Shown one piece after another: positions 44,851-55,307 of a stretch of 64,000 bases of DNA. A program made the position numbers and the translations under genes. This DNA is from Minisyncoccota bacterium (GTDB lineage Bacteria; Patescibacteriota; Minisyncoccia; Phycocordibacterales; JBAYLF01). Where the stretch lies: NCBI GenBank assembly GCA_041664205.1, contig JBAYLF010000005.1:7063-71062 (forward strand). The letters run 5' to 3'. How positions within the stretch are numbered: the first letter of the stretch is position 1; each line of letters starts with the position of its first letter. Under the pieces are notes generated by a model. It had not been told where the DNA came from, did no database searches, and was given only the letters and a program-made list of their open reading frames with translations.

Positions 44851-46251
44851 TTATATTTTTTTGATCTTTAAATCTTCTCCTGACGAGTTATCTTCAACTT
44901 CATATCCAAGATTTTTTATTTCTTCGCGTAGTGAATCGGCTTTTGACCAGTCTTTGTTTTTTCTGGCTTCTTCTCTTTCTTCTGCGAGCTTTTTTATTTC
45001 TTCAGGAATTTCTTCAACTGAAGCAGCTTTCTTTTCTGCTTCTACTTTTATATTAAGTCCTAGCGCCAGATCAAAATAATCTAGCGTGGCTTTTTTATCA
45101 GCTGGAGATATGTTGTCATCTTTTATTAATTCCCAAAGCAACGCGATGGCTTGTGGGGTGTCGAAATCATTATTTATATGTTCTAGGAATTTTTCAGAAT
45201 AATTTTTATCAGCAGTTCCCGCTGTGTCGCCGAGAGAACTGTAAGTATTTAGCAATTTATCAAATGCTTTTTGCGCACCTTCTACTGCTTCCCATGTGAA
45301 GTTTGCAGGAGTGCTGTAATGGCTTGTAAGAAGCCAATAGCGATAGGCGAGAGGATTCAAACCTTTTTCCTCTAGATCTTTAATATAAAATTCATTATGA
45401 AGGGATTTTGCGAAACGCTGACCTTCGACTGTTATGAAGTTTGCGTGTATCCAATAGTGAACGAAAGGCTTTCCGGTAGCAGCTTCACTTTGAGCGATTT
45501 CGTTATTATGATGAACAGGAATATGATCTATTCCTCCAGTATGAATATCAAAAGTTTCTCCCAGATATTTCATACTCATTGACGAACATTCGATGTGCCA
45601 GCCAGGGAAACCTTTTCCCCAAGGAGAATCCCAACCTAGTTTTTCGTTGAATTTCCAAACAGCAAAGTCGGTATGATGTTTTTTTTCTGGGTTTGCTACT
45701 ACTCGCGCGCCTTCCTTAAGTTTTTCGATATTTATATTTCCAAGTTTTCCATATCCTTCAAATTTAAAAGTATCAAAATAAACTCCGTCACTTGTTTTGT
45801 AAGCGAAGCCTTTTTCCTCAAGTCGTTTTATAAGTTCGATGTTGTCGGAAATATGTTCACTTGCTTTTGATATTATGTCTGGAATTTCAATATTTAATTT
45901 TTTAGTATCTTTTGCGAATGCTTCTGCATAAAAATCTGCCACCTCTTTCATCGCTTCCAATGTGAGCGGTTTTCCTTCGCGTTTCAATGCAAGGGTCATC
46001 TTGTCCTCGCCTTCATCTGAGTCTGAAGTGAGGTGTCCGACATCGGTGATGTTCATTACTTGCTTAACCTGATATTTATTTATTTCAAAAACTCGCCTTA
46101 TTGTGTCGGCAAAAACGTACGCTCTAAGATTGCCAATATGAGCGTAGTTATAAACAGTAGGTCCGCAATGATACATATAAACAAACCCGGGTTTAACGGG
46201 TTCGAATACTTCGACTTTCTTTGTTAATGTATTGTGAATTTTTATGTCCAT
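44851..46251 (-). CDS. cysS: Cysteine--tRNA ligase
   Basis: [49 protein letters not shown]. Confidence 0.99.
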   Translation of the reverse strand: MDIKIHNTLTKKVEVFEPVKPGFVYMYHCGPTVYNYAHIGNLRAYVFADTIRRVFEINKYQVKQVMNITDVGHLTSDSDEGEDKMTLALKREGKPLTLEAMKEVADFYAEAFAKDTKKLNIEIPDIISKASEHISDNIELIKRLEEKGFAYKTSDGVYFDTFKFEGYGKLGNINIEKLKEGARVVANPEKKHHTDFAVWKFNEKLGWDSPWGKGFPGWHIECSSMSMKYLGETFDIHTGGIDHIPVHHNNEIAQSEAATGKPFVHYWIHANFITVEGQRFAKSLHNEFYIKDLEEKGLNPLAYRYWLLTSHYSTPANFTWEAVEGAQKAFDKLLNTYSSLGDTAGTADKNYSEKFLEHINNDFDTPQAIALLWELIKDDNISPADKKATLDYFDLALGLNIKVEAEKKAASVEEIPEEIKKLAEEREEARKNKDWSKADSLREEIKNLGYEVEDNSSGEDLKIKKI

Positions 46252-46266
46252 TATTTCGCTATTGTT

Positions 46267-47181
46267 TTAAAGCCATTTTTTATATTTGAAGAACCCAAAC
46301 ATTACGGTAATTATTGCTAGCATTATACCCATAATAATCCAAAAGTCATTATGCATTCCGATTATTGGCAAATGCGTAGTATTCATTCCAAAAATTGACG
46401 CAACAAGAGAAAGTGGAAAAGTTACAAATGCTAGAATAGTAAGAACCTTCATTGTTTCGTTTTGTTTTGTTGTCAGTAAGGAATCGTTGGTTGTTCTTAA
46501 TTCGTCTAAAAATTCTTTATTATCTTGAATTGCTTGTTTTATTTTTAAATATTCATTAAGTATTGCTTCACTGTGATAGCTGAATGATTCACCAAAAAAC
46601 TTTTTTGATGCGCCAACAAAAGATTCTAATACACTTTTGTGGAGTGATGATGCTTGCTTGAAGTCTAAAAGGTCTCTGCTTAATTGAGATATTTCAGATA
46701 CCATTTCACGTTCCTCTCCTTCAAATATTTTTTCTTCTATATCTTTTATGTCTTTTTCAATATAATTAATTTCTGATTCCAAAGAATGATAAATCTCTCT
46801 TATCATGTAATAAAAGATAAATCCGGCATGATCTCCGATATTACTATGATCAATTCTTGAGCTTACTTCAAAAATTTTAGAGAAATTATGCAATGGCTCT
46901 ACTTCTCCATAATGAGTTGTTATGATGAAATTTTTACTAATAATAAAATCAATCTCAGTCCCATGTTTATTAGCGTTTATGTATCTAAAAGGAGGGAAGT
47001 GCAACACTAAGTAGATATAATTTGAATAAAGATCAACTTTTGATTTTGGACTAGGTATCATTAATTCATCAGCGACGATAATTGCCAAAGAATATTCCTC
47101 CATTACTTCTTTGATATCGTCTGATGTTGGATTTTCTAGATCAATCCAAGTGAGTTTTTTGTAAGTATATTTTTTTAACAT
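46267..47181 (-). CDS. corA: CorA family magnesium transporter
   Basis: WIDLENP, NETMKVLT, FGMN signature, two C-terminal TMs, KKWL end. Confidence 0.95.
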   Translation of the reverse strand: MLKKYTYKKLTWIDLENPTSDDIKEVMEEYSLAIIVADELMIPSPKSKVDLYSNYIYLVLHFPPFRYINANKHGTEIDFIISKNFIITTHYGEVEPLHNFSKIFEVSSRIDHSNIGDHAGFIFYYMIREIYHSLESEINYIEKDIKDIEEKIFEGEEREMVSEISQLSRDLLDFKQASSLHKSVLESFVGASKKFFGESFSYHSEAILNEYLKIKQAIQDNKEFLDELRTTNDSLLTTKQNETMKVLTILAFVTFPLSLVASIFGMNTTHLPIIGMHNDFWIIMGIMLAIITVMFGFFKYKKWL

Positions 47182-47283
47182 ACTTATCATTATATACAAT
47201 TTGATGTGTAACGAGCAATGTGCAAAAGGTGGATTTTGTTAGTTTGACCATATTGTTGTTTTTTGTAATAATTTACATTAAGA

Positions 47284-48507
47284 ATGAAAATAAAAGAACT
47301 CTTCTCAAAGAAAAGTCTAGTTATAATATTCGCACTTCTTATTATTGGAAGTTCTTTTTTTCTTGGTGTGTTTGTAGGAGCTGAAGTTCGTTCTGATGTG
47401 GACAGAGTTGCTAGTTTGAGTAATAAAGAAGACGTTACAGTGCCCGTTGATTTCGCTCCTTTTTGGAAAGCTTGGAATATTTTAAAAGAAAAGCATATTT
47501 CTGGAACTACAACTCCTGATCAAACAAAAGTTTGGGGTGCTATACAAGGACTTGCATCATCATTTAATGATCCATATACCACTTTCTTTCCACCACAGGA
47601 GGCTAAAGTTTTCAAAAGTGAGATAAGCGGTAATTTTGAAGGTATTGGTGCGGAAATAGGAATTAGAGATAATTTAATTACAGTTATATCTCCATTAAAA
47701 GGATCGCCTGCTGAGAAAGCTGGAATGCTTCCAGGAGACAAGATAATTAAGATTGATGACAAAGATGTTATTAAGACAAGCGTTGAGGATGCTGTAAAAC
47801 TTATTCGTGGAGATAAAGGAACAAAGGTTAAGATTACAGTTACAAGAGCAGGAGTAAAAGAATCGATAGAACTTTCTGTTACACGTGATGTTGTTGATAT
47901 ACCTACTGTTGAAACTAAAAAAAGAAGCGATGGTATTTTCGTGATTAGTCTTTATAGTTTCTCGGCAACCTCAGCAGATCTTTTTAGGAAGGCTTTAAGA
48001 GAATTTGTTATTTCTAAAGATGATAAGCTTATTTTGGACTTGCGTGGCAATCCAGGTGGATATTTGGAAGCAGCTGTTGATATGGCAAGTTGGTTTTTAC
48101 CATCAGGTGAGGTTATTGTGAGTGAAAACTATGGAGGACATCACGAATCAGATTTTTATAGAAGTAAAGGATACAACATATTTAACAAAAATCTTAAATT
48201 TGTTATATTAGTCAACAATGGTTCCGCTTCTGCTAGCGAGATTTTATCTGGAGCGTTGCAGGAGTATGGTATAGCAAAGCTTGTTGGAACTAGGACTTTT
48301 GGTAAAGGCTCAGTCCAAGAATTGGTAAGTATAACGCCTGAGACATCTCTAAAAGTAACAATTGCTAAATGGTTTACTCCAAAAGGCAGATCAATCTCAG
48401 ATGGGGGATTAACGCCAGATTTTGAAGTTAAAATGACAGAAGAAGATTTTAAAAATGGCAAAGATCCTCAAATGGATAAGGCTATAGAGGTTGTTAAGAA
48501 TATGTAA
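47284..48507 (+). CDS. ctpA: Carboxy-terminal processing protease (S41, PDZ)
   Basis: DPYT, FEGIGAEI, PDZ domain, LDLRGNPGG, SASASEI, TFGKGSVQ. Confidence 0.96.
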   Translation: MKIKELFSKKSLVIIFALLIIGSSFFLGVFVGAEVRSDVDRVASLSNKEDVTVPVDFAPFWKAWNILKEKHISGTTTPDQTKVWGAIQGLASSFNDPYTTFFPPQEAKVFKSEISGNFEGIGAEIGIRDNLITVISPLKGSPAEKAGMLPGDKIIKIDDKDVIKTSVEDAVKLIRGDKGTKVKITVTRAGVKESIELSVTRDVVDIPTVETKKRSDGIFVISLYSFSATSADLFRKALREFVISKDDKLILDLRGNPGGYLEAAVDMASWFLPSGEVIVSENYGGHHESDFYRSKGYNIFNKNLKFVILVNNGSASASEILSGALQEYGIAKLVGTRTFGKGSVQELVSITPETSLKVTIAKWFTPKGRSISDGGLTPDFEVKMTEEDFKNGKDPQMDKAIEVVKNM

Positions 48508-48535
48508 GAATACGCATGTTGTTCTGGCGGTTTTC

Positions 48536-48607
48536 TGTCATTCCCGCGAAGGCGGGAATCCAGATTAAACAGAGATGAACTAGATTCCCGCCTTCGCGGG
48601 AATGACA
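48536..48607. repeat. 72-bp palindromic dRS3-like/REP-like element, copy 2
   Basis: Identical to 11007-11078 except for one A/G substitution in the spacer. Confidence 0.92.
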
Positions 48608-48663
48608 GCGAATAAGTAAGTTTTTAATAATAAGTTTAATTAAAAGTATTAATAAAAAATAAT

Positions 48664-49113
48664 ATGAAAGTAATACTACTTAAAGATGTTCCAAAGATTG
48701 GAAAAAAGTTTGAATTAAAAAATGTTTCGGAAGGACATGCATTAAATTTTCTTATCCCAAAAGGTTTAGCAGAAAATGCTACTCCTTCAGCATTAAAGAA
48801 AATGGATCAAAGCAGAAAAGTAGAAGACGAAAAGAGAAAAATTCAGGAAGCTTTATTGGCCCAGAATCTTTCAAGTGTTTCCTCAGTTGTAATTGAGTTC
48901 AAAGAAAAGGCAAACGAAAAAGGTCACCTTTTTGCTGGAGTCAACAAAGAAGAGATTGCAGAAGAACTTAAAAAGCAAACTCATTTGGATATTCCTGCTG
49001 AATACATAGACTTGGAAAAGCCGATCAAAGAAGTAGGCGAATATGATGTAGAAGTTAAAATTGGCAATAAGACAGGAAAGTTCAAAGTAAAAGTTGAAGC
49101 ATTAGTTGAATAG
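48664..49113 (+). CDS. rplI: 50S ribosomal protein L9
   Basis: MKVILLKDVPKIGK, VSEGHALNFLIPKGLA, GHLFAGV, PIKEVG. Confidence 0.97.
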   Translation: MKVILLKDVPKIGKKFELKNVSEGHALNFLIPKGLAENATPSALKKMDQSRKVEDEKRKIQEALLAQNLSSVSSVVIEFKEKANEKGHLFAGVNKEEIAEELKKQTHLDIPAEYIDLEKPIKEVGEYDVEVKIGNKTGKFKVKVEALVE

Positions 49114-49129
49114 AGCTACTCAAAAATCT

Positions 49130-49166
49130 AAACAAAAACACCGGCTTCAAGCCGGTGTTTTTGTTT
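49130..49166. terminator. Bidirectional intrinsic terminator
   Basis: AAACAAAAACACCGGCT-TCA-AGCCGGTGTTTTTGTTT between convergent rplI and rpmA. Confidence 0.85.
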
Positions 49167-49181
49167 AATTTGTTTGAGATT

Positions 49182-49454
49182 TTATATTACTTCTGCAACT
49201 TTCTTGGTCAAAACTTGTCCGTTGAAGTTCTTTTTTCTTTTATCTTTATAGGAAACGGTGCCAGCTTTAATTGCGAACAAAGTATGGTCTTTACCAACTT
49301 TTACATTGCGTCCTGCAAGTATTTTTGTTCCTCTTTGGCGCACCAAAATTGAACCAGTTTTTGCTTGTTCTCCAGAATATAGCTTAACTCCTAAGTATTT
49401 AGGGTTTGAATCTTTTAGGTTTTTAGCTGAACCTCCAGCTGCTTTATGTGCCAT
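49182..49454 (-). CDS. rpmA: 50S ribosomal protein L27
   Basis: [39 protein letters not shown]. Confidence 0.99.
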   Translation of the reverse strand: MAHKAAGGSAKNLKDSNPKYLGVKLYSGEQAKTGSILVRQRGTKILAGRNVKVGKDHTLFAIKAGTVSYKDKRKKNFNGQVLTKKVAEVI

Positions 49455-49492
49455 AGTGGTTTAAATGAATTTATGATATATATAAACTTACA

Positions 49493-49921
49493 ATGAGTAT
49501 ACGAGAAATTGCTTATAAAATCAAGGGGTTGTGACAAAATCTTCTAAATAATATAGAAGGCGACTATTATGTAGTAATCTTGATAGTTTTAGTGAGTTTC
49601 GGGTCATTTGGACTAGGAAGACTTTCTGTTTTAGAAGAAAAAAAGTCTCCAGTCCGTATTGAGTATAACGAAAATACTTCGAGCACAGCCAGTGCCTCTA
49701 ATTTTATTGCAGGATCCTCGAAAAAGACTACTAATAGCTCTGTAAAAGCAATCGGAACAAATTCTGAGGTTGTTGTTGCTTCAAAAAATGGCAAAAAATA
49801 CTATTTACCATGGTGTTCTGGAGTAAATCGGATAAGTGAGAAGAATAAAATTGAGTTTGCTTCTAAAAAAGAGGCGGAAAATGCTGGGTATACTCCGGCA
49901 AGTAATTGTAGCGGTCTGTAG
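49493..49921 (+). CDS. Membrane-anchored protein with Ada-like metal-binding C-terminal domain; in-frame TGA at codon 14 (possible pseudogene, or downstream TTG start at 49580)
   Basis: TM (SFGLGRLS); VASKNGKKYYLPWC...F...EAENAGYTPASNC; upstream in-frame ATG 49493 is interrupted by TGA at 49532-49534. Confidence 0.72.
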
Positions 49922-50230
49922 CAGATTCCTTTCTCGGTCGGGTATCAAATTTTATAATCAGAGTTATGCTACATTTGAGTAATAATGTAAAGGCTAAAAA
50001 AACAAAAAACCCTTTATTTAAGCCATCAGGCTAACTATTGACAAAGTGCATAAAATATTACATTTGCTTGACTTCGGCTACTAAAAATGCTAATCTTTAG
50101 GATAGATACTCGGAGTAATTCCGAGTTTTAATTTGTCTGTAAACCAGATGGGAACATTAATGATTTGTTATTTAATTAAACTCTAACAAAGATTATTTAT
50201 TTAATAGATCTAGCGCAATATGAATGAGTT

Positions 50231-50746
50231 TTGGATGCGTTATTACCAACTAAGAAATGGCTTATTTTATCTTTAACACTATCTTTACTGTTTATTGCTA
50301 ATAATATTGCACCTTTTCAAAACACCACATATCCTACCGTATCTCTTGCTTCTACAACTTCAATAGCTTATGAACAAACTGATGTTCAAGCCCTAAAAAA
50401 TCATTTACCAGAAAGATCAGAAATTGAAGCTCTCGTTAGAAAATATTTCAAAGATATTCCAATACTTATCGAAATCGCAAATTGTGAATCTGAATTTAGA
50501 CACTATACACCTGACGGTGAAGTGATTAGAGGAAAGATAAACAACCAAGATGTCGGAGTAATGCAAATAAATGAGAAATATCACTTGGAAGAAGCTAATG
50601 ATCACGATATAGATATATATACTCTTGAAGGAAATATGCGATATGCTAGAAAGCTTTACGAAAAAGAAGGAACCAAACCTTGGACCTCTTCAGCAAAATG
50701 CTGGCGTAATAATACCAACAAAACATTAGCCTTAAATACAAAATAA
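50231..50746 (+). CDS. Exported lytic transglycosylase/lysozyme-like protein
   Basis: Signal-like N-terminus; IANCES catalytic Glu, GVMQIN, GNMRYARKLY..G..PW. Confidence 0.85.
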   Translation: MDALLPTKKWLILSLTLSLLFIANNIAPFQNTTYPTVSLASTTSIAYEQTDVQALKNHLPERSEIEALVRKYFKDIPILIEIANCESEFRHYTPDGEVIRGKINNQDVGVMQINEKYHLEEANDHDIDIYTLEGNMRYARKLYEKEGTKPWTSSAKCWRNNTNKTLALNTK

Positions 50747-50855
50747 ATAATCTCTACCAACTGGTAGAGATTATTTATTTGTGTGTGTAATGTATAACTT
50801 GTATAAGTTAGATTTTTGATATAATCTTCAGGAAGATCAAAAGATATTTCTAATT

Positions 50856-51860
50856 ATGAAAATACGAGTAAATACAGCTCGATGCATTGAAATTGCAGAG
50901 TATATCAAAACAGTAGGAGGTGTTCCTCTAGATATTGAAGATCCAATGGCTTATTCTTTTCCAAGCAATATTGTTCATAATGCTTGGTGGGCGGTGGTAG
51001 CTATCAATCAGCAAACTACTCCTGTTGCAGGTTTGCCTTTATGCGGTAGTGTAATGGGGAAAAAATTACGAGGATGGGACTATTTGCTTCAAAAAGCTAT
51101 ATTTTGTTCAAACAAAAATTCAGAACTTTTTACGAAAAAATGGCTCTTGGAAGTTTCGCCGGATGAATTGCGAAAAATTTATCACGATGAAGAAGTAGGT
51201 GATACTCTAAACCAGATTAGCACAAGAGCTTCTCTTCTTAATGGTTTGGGAAAACTTTTGAATGAACTTGAGTGTGAAAGTATAAATTACGCATATCTAA
51301 TATCCGAAGGTTTTATTATACGAAGTGACGGGAAGGGTATTGCGCAGATACTTTCTAAAACTAGAGCTTATAGCGATCCTGTGCAGAAAAAAACTTTTTA
51401 TTTTCTAGCGATCATGCGTAATCAAGGTTTGTGGTCTTACAAGGATGAGTTAAATTTAAGTGCGCCGGTTAATTATCACGAACAGAGGGGGAGTTTTAGA
51501 TTGGGCACTGTGACTATTGCAGATGAAGAGCTTAAACGCAAAATAATGGCGAGAGAAAATATTACAGACGAAGAAGATATTGAAATTCGACTCGCTGTAA
51601 GAAGGGCGTTGGAGTTCATTGCGCAATATTTAGATGTTTCTCCATCACGTTTGCATTATTATTTTTGGAATCATATACGAAATTGTTGCAGTCGCGAACA
51701 TCCGCACTGTAAATCTTGTGATTCTTCTTGCACACTTCCAAAAAGATATAGAGTGAATGGTGATGAAAAATGTATATTTGAATCTGTATGCTCAAACGCA
51801 TTATTGTCTGTAAATCAAATGCTTATCGAGCCAAGACTTGATACTACGATTTGGCAGTAA
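50856..51860 (+). CDS. HhH-GPD glycosylase-fold / queuosine-salvage-like protein with C-terminal Cys cluster
   Basis: DPVQKK, PVNYHEQR..RLG, EIRLAVRRA, LHYYFW, CCSREHPHCKSC...C...C...C. Confidence 0.6.
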   Translation: MKIRVNTARCIEIAEYIKTVGGVPLDIEDPMAYSFPSNIVHNAWWAVVAINQQTTPVAGLPLCGSVMGKKLRGWDYLLQKAIFCSNKNSELFTKKWLLEVSPDELRKIYHDEEVGDTLNQISTRASLLNGLGKLLNELECESINYAYLISEGFIIRSDGKGIAQILSKTRAYSDPVQKKTFYFLAIMRNQGLWSYKDELNLSAPVNYHEQRGSFRLGTVTIADEELKRKIMARENITDEEDIEIRLAVRRALEFIAQYLDVSPSRLHYYFWNHIRNCCSREHPHCKSCDSSCTLPKRYRVNGDEKCIFESVCSNALLSVNQMLIEPRLDTTIWQ

Positions 51861-51959
51861 AATTTATAATTAGTGAAATTTAAAAACAGAGATAATATCT
51901 CTGTTTTTTTATATCATACTTATAACTCGAATTGTATCAAAATACTAAAATTCTATTTT

Positions 51960-53132
51960 TTATCGCGTGTCTTTGAGAGCGAAAGCATAATACACTCCTA
52001 AAAGCATTAAAAGTCCAAGAACTATGAAAATATACTGAAAAGAAAGAAATGCAAGAACAAAGAAGGCTATTATGGGACTTATTATGTATGGAAGTTCTCG
52101 CAACATTCTGAATAAGCTTATAAGATTAACATCATCTTTTTTAATTTTTTTGAAAAAGTATGATTCTGTGCCGAGTTCTATAAAACTTGCACCTGTTCTT
52201 GTCGCGAAAAGTATAACCGTCCATAAAATAAAATTATTTTCTCTAATGAAGGGGATAGCGAGAGTCGATATTCCAGCAATAATTGATCCCGTAATTAAAA
52301 TCTCCTTTTCACCTAGTTTTTTATCGGCAAGATATCCTAAAGGATATTGGAATAAAACAAATGGCGTCAGCATTATACTGAACATTATTCCTATCTCTGT
52401 CCATGTAAAATGCACAAATTGAACTAGATAGATAGGAACATAAATTGCCATCCATGAATAGAAGAAGTTTAAAAGAAATGTGTTTGCGATAATGTCGAAA
52501 ATATCTTGATTTTTGCCTACTTTTTTTAAGGTTTTAAAAATAGATATTTCTTGATACGATTCATCTTCGAAATTTTTGAATTTAAAATATATTAATAAAA
52601 ACAAAGGAATGACAAGAATAAAGGCTGTTATATATAGGTATGAGAATGAATATTTATCCAAAATAATTCCTGATATAAAAGGTGCAACAATTACAGGTAA
52701 GTTCAACATTGTAAGATAAACACCTCGAATACGGCCAACATTTTTTTCTTTAGAATATTTTTTTAAGAATATATCAATTCCAAAAATAAGCAGTGGATTG
52801 GTGGCGAAATGAATTAGAAAAAGTGGGGCGACGATTCCAAGAGTCTTTCCAAAAGCTAATCCTAATAAGGAAGTTGCTTCAAGAAATAGAAGCACCATAA
52901 AAAATTTGAAGTTGCCATATCTTTGCAGAAGTTTAGGTGCGGATAAAAATAGAAATACATTGATTATTGCGGCGGCTGCATATGCAAAACCAACATATTG
53001 ATCTGGAATGAAGGTGCTTAAAAAAGTTGAGTTTATGAAAAAAACGAAATAGTAATGAAACGACAGAAAAAATGTTGCAATATATAACGTAAGAAGAAAA
53101 CCGTTTTCAGTGTGAGAATTTTTATTTTCCAT
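51960..53132 (-). CDS. MFS transporter
   Basis: About 12 TM; PLGYLADKKLGEK motif-A-like sequence, GRIRG. Confidence 0.92.
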   Translation of the reverse strand: MENKNSHTENGFLLTLYIATFFLSFHYYFVFFINSTFLSTFIPDQYVGFAYAAAAIINVFLFLSAPKLLQRYGNFKFFMVLLFLEATSLLGLAFGKTLGIVAPLFLIHFATNPLLIFGIDIFLKKYSKEKNVGRIRGVYLTMLNLPVIVAPFISGIILDKYSFSYLYITAFILVIPLFLLIYFKFKNFEDESYQEISIFKTLKKVGKNQDIFDIIANTFLLNFFYSWMAIYVPIYLVQFVHFTWTEIGIMFSIMLTPFVLFQYPLGYLADKKLGEKEILITGSIIAGISTLAIPFIRENNFILWTVILFATRTGASFIELGTESYFFKKIKKDDVNLISLFRMLRELPYIISPIIAFFVLAFLSFQYIFIVLGLLMLLGVYYAFALKDTR

Positions 53133-53225
53133 TCCTTAATTATATAAAATTTAGTGTTTTATGCATAACGAGTTGTTAAAAAAACCGTTACGAATGTAAC
53201 GGTTTTTTTATTTTTAAAAATTGTT

Positions 53226-55292
53226 TTATACTCCAATCAGGACAGGTATGACTATTGGTCTCTTTGCTGTCTTTTGGAAAAGAAATCTGCCGAGATTATC
53301 GCTTACGATGTTTTTTACATAATCAAAGTTTATAGGATGCATTCCTTCAGTAGATTCTTCAACAGTTTTTTTGATTAGATTGCGGGCATCTTTTAGCAAA
53401 TCTTGTGATTCTCTTAGATATACGAATCCGCGCGAAATAATGTCCGGAGATTTTTTGAGTTTGCCTGTGCTTGTGTTTATGCTTGCTACTATGACAACGA
53501 ACCCATCTTCTGCAAGCATCTGGCGATCTCGTATAACAACCTCTTGGATATCTCCAATTGCAAATCCATCAACCATCACAATTCCAGACGGAGCTTTTAC
53601 AGGAAGCTTAACCATTTTATTTCCATTATCTTGAATTTCAATAATACTTCCATTATCTGGAACTATTATATTTTCTGATGGCACTCCAAGATTATTTGCG
53701 AGTTCTGCATGTAATCTAAGCATGTAATGTGAACCGTGAATTGGTATAAAGAATTTTGCTTTGATTTTTTTATGTAGCCATTCAATTTCACCTCTGTTTC
53801 CATGTCCTGTTGAGTGAATAAATACATCTGATGTTCTGTAATGAACGATCTTTACTCCCTGTCTTGCAAGGTTGTCTTTAAGCTTTTGAACTGACTTTTC
53901 ATTTCCTGGAACAATCGATGACGAAAGCACTACAGTATCACGTTCGTTTATTCGGATATTTTTATGCGCTTTATTTGCCATTCTCATAAGTGCTGCGAAT
54001 TCTTCACCTTGTCCACCAGTAGCAAGAATGACAACTCTGTCGGGTGGGTAGCTATCCATATTCTGTGAAGAAACAATAGTATCTTTTTTAACAGTGAGGA
54101 GTCCTGCTTGGATAACTATTTCAACGTTATTTTTCATACTTCTGCCTTCGAGGAATATTTTTTTGCCATACTTCTCAGCAACTTGAATAACGCTAACAAT
54201 ACGAAGAATATGTGAAGCAAACATTGTCATGATTAAGCGTCCTTTTGTATTTACTACAATATCCTCAAGATTTTTTTGAACAATTTTTTCTGGAGTAGAA
54301 AAGCCTGGATTTTCAATGTTTGTAGAATCTGTAAGAAGAAGAAGATTTTTTTCATTATCAAATATTTTGTAAACTTCTTCCTCATTTTCTGTAGGTATTC
54401 CATTTTCATGATCAAGTTTATAGTCGCCAGGAGTTACGATGTTGCCATAAGGAGTTCTGATAATAATTCCCATACAGTCAGGAATTGAGTGCATAACACC
54501 GAAGAATTTTACTTTTAAGCCTCCAATCGAAATTTCCTCATTATTTTCTATAACCTTAAAATCAATAGGATCTAGGTGTGGAAATTCTGACTGTCTTTTT
54601 TTTATCATTAAAGAAGTAAGATTTCTTGTGTAAATTGGAGGATTTCCAATTCTATCCATAATGTAAGGAATTGCACCAACATGGTCTAAGTGTCCATGAG
54701 TTATGAAAAGTGCACGAACCTTATTTTTTCTTGTTTCAAGATATTTTGTGTTCGGTAGTATGTAGTCAATTCCTGGGGTTTCTTCTTCTTTAAATTGAAA
54801 TCCAGCATCGATAACAACAATGTCATCATTGTATTCTATGAGAGTCATGTTTTTGCCTATCTCTTCAACACCGCCAAGTGGAATAATTCTTATATTTCCT
54901 CTCTCTAAAGGTGGAATTATCGCAGAACTCTCTTTTTTGTTTATTGGATCTCTGTGCTGTTTTGGGTTTTGATGAGCGCGTTTTCCTAAGTCTTTGCTTT
55001 TGATATTTATGGTGGATACTTCACGTTTAACTATAGGAGGAGATAATCTTTTGTTGAAATTTCTATTTGGATTTTTATTGGCGGTTCTAGGATTGTTATT
55101 ATTTATTGGTGGTTTAGGACTAAATGATCTAGCTAACGCGGAATATGGTTCCGAGTGATTAGTTGTCTGCTTAGTTAAATTAGCAGCTCGTTTTTCTTCT
55201 TCTGGGCTAATTGTTGAATATGTTCGTGTTGTAAATCTTCTTACACGATTAACTCCGTCTTGTCTTTGATTGTTTTGATTTCTATTGTTCAT
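53226..55292 (-). CDS. rnj: Ribonuclease J with long N-terminal extension
   Basis: PLGGVEEIGKNM, ITHGHLDHVG, HSIPD, DSTN, HSTGH, PIHG, IISRGFVY. Confidence 0.97.
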   Translation of the reverse strand: MNNRNQNNQRQDGVNRVRRFTTRTYSTISPEEEKRAANLTKQTTNHSEPYSALARSFSPKPPINNNNPRTANKNPNRNFNKRLSPPIVKREVSTINIKSKDLGKRAHQNPKQHRDPINKKESSAIIPPLERGNIRIIPLGGVEEIGKNMTLIEYNDDIVVIDAGFQFKEEETPGIDYILPNTKYLETRKNKVRALFITHGHLDHVGAIPYIMDRIGNPPIYTRNLTSLMIKKRQSEFPHLDPIDFKVIENNEEISIGGLKVKFFGVMHSIPDCMGIIIRTPYGNIVTPGDYKLDHENGIPTENEEEVYKIFDNEKNLLLLTDSTNIENPGFSTPEKIVQKNLEDIVVNTKGRLIMTMFASHILRIVSVIQVAEKYGKKIFLEGRSMKNNVEIVIQAGLLTVKKDTIVSSQNMDSYPPDRVVILATGGQGEEFAALMRMANKAHKNIRINERDTVVLSSSIVPGNEKSVQKLKDNLARQGVKIVHYRTSDVFIHSTGHGNRGEIEWLHKKIKAKFFIPIHGSHYMLRLHAELANNLGVPSENIIVPDNGSIIEIQDNGNKMVKLPVKAPSGIVMVDGFAIGDIQEVVIRDRQMLAEDGFVVIVASINTSTGKLKKSPDIISRGFVYLRESQDLLKDARNLIKKTVEESTEGMHPINFDYVKNIVSDNLGRFLFQKTAKRPIVIPVLIGV

Positions 55293-55307
55293 TTTTTAAT
55301 TATTAAT

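Noticed and set aside
50041-50230. ydaO c-di-AMP or c-di-GMP riboswitch
   Set aside because: The conserved sequence elements of those families are not recognisable; kept only as an unclassified structured leader
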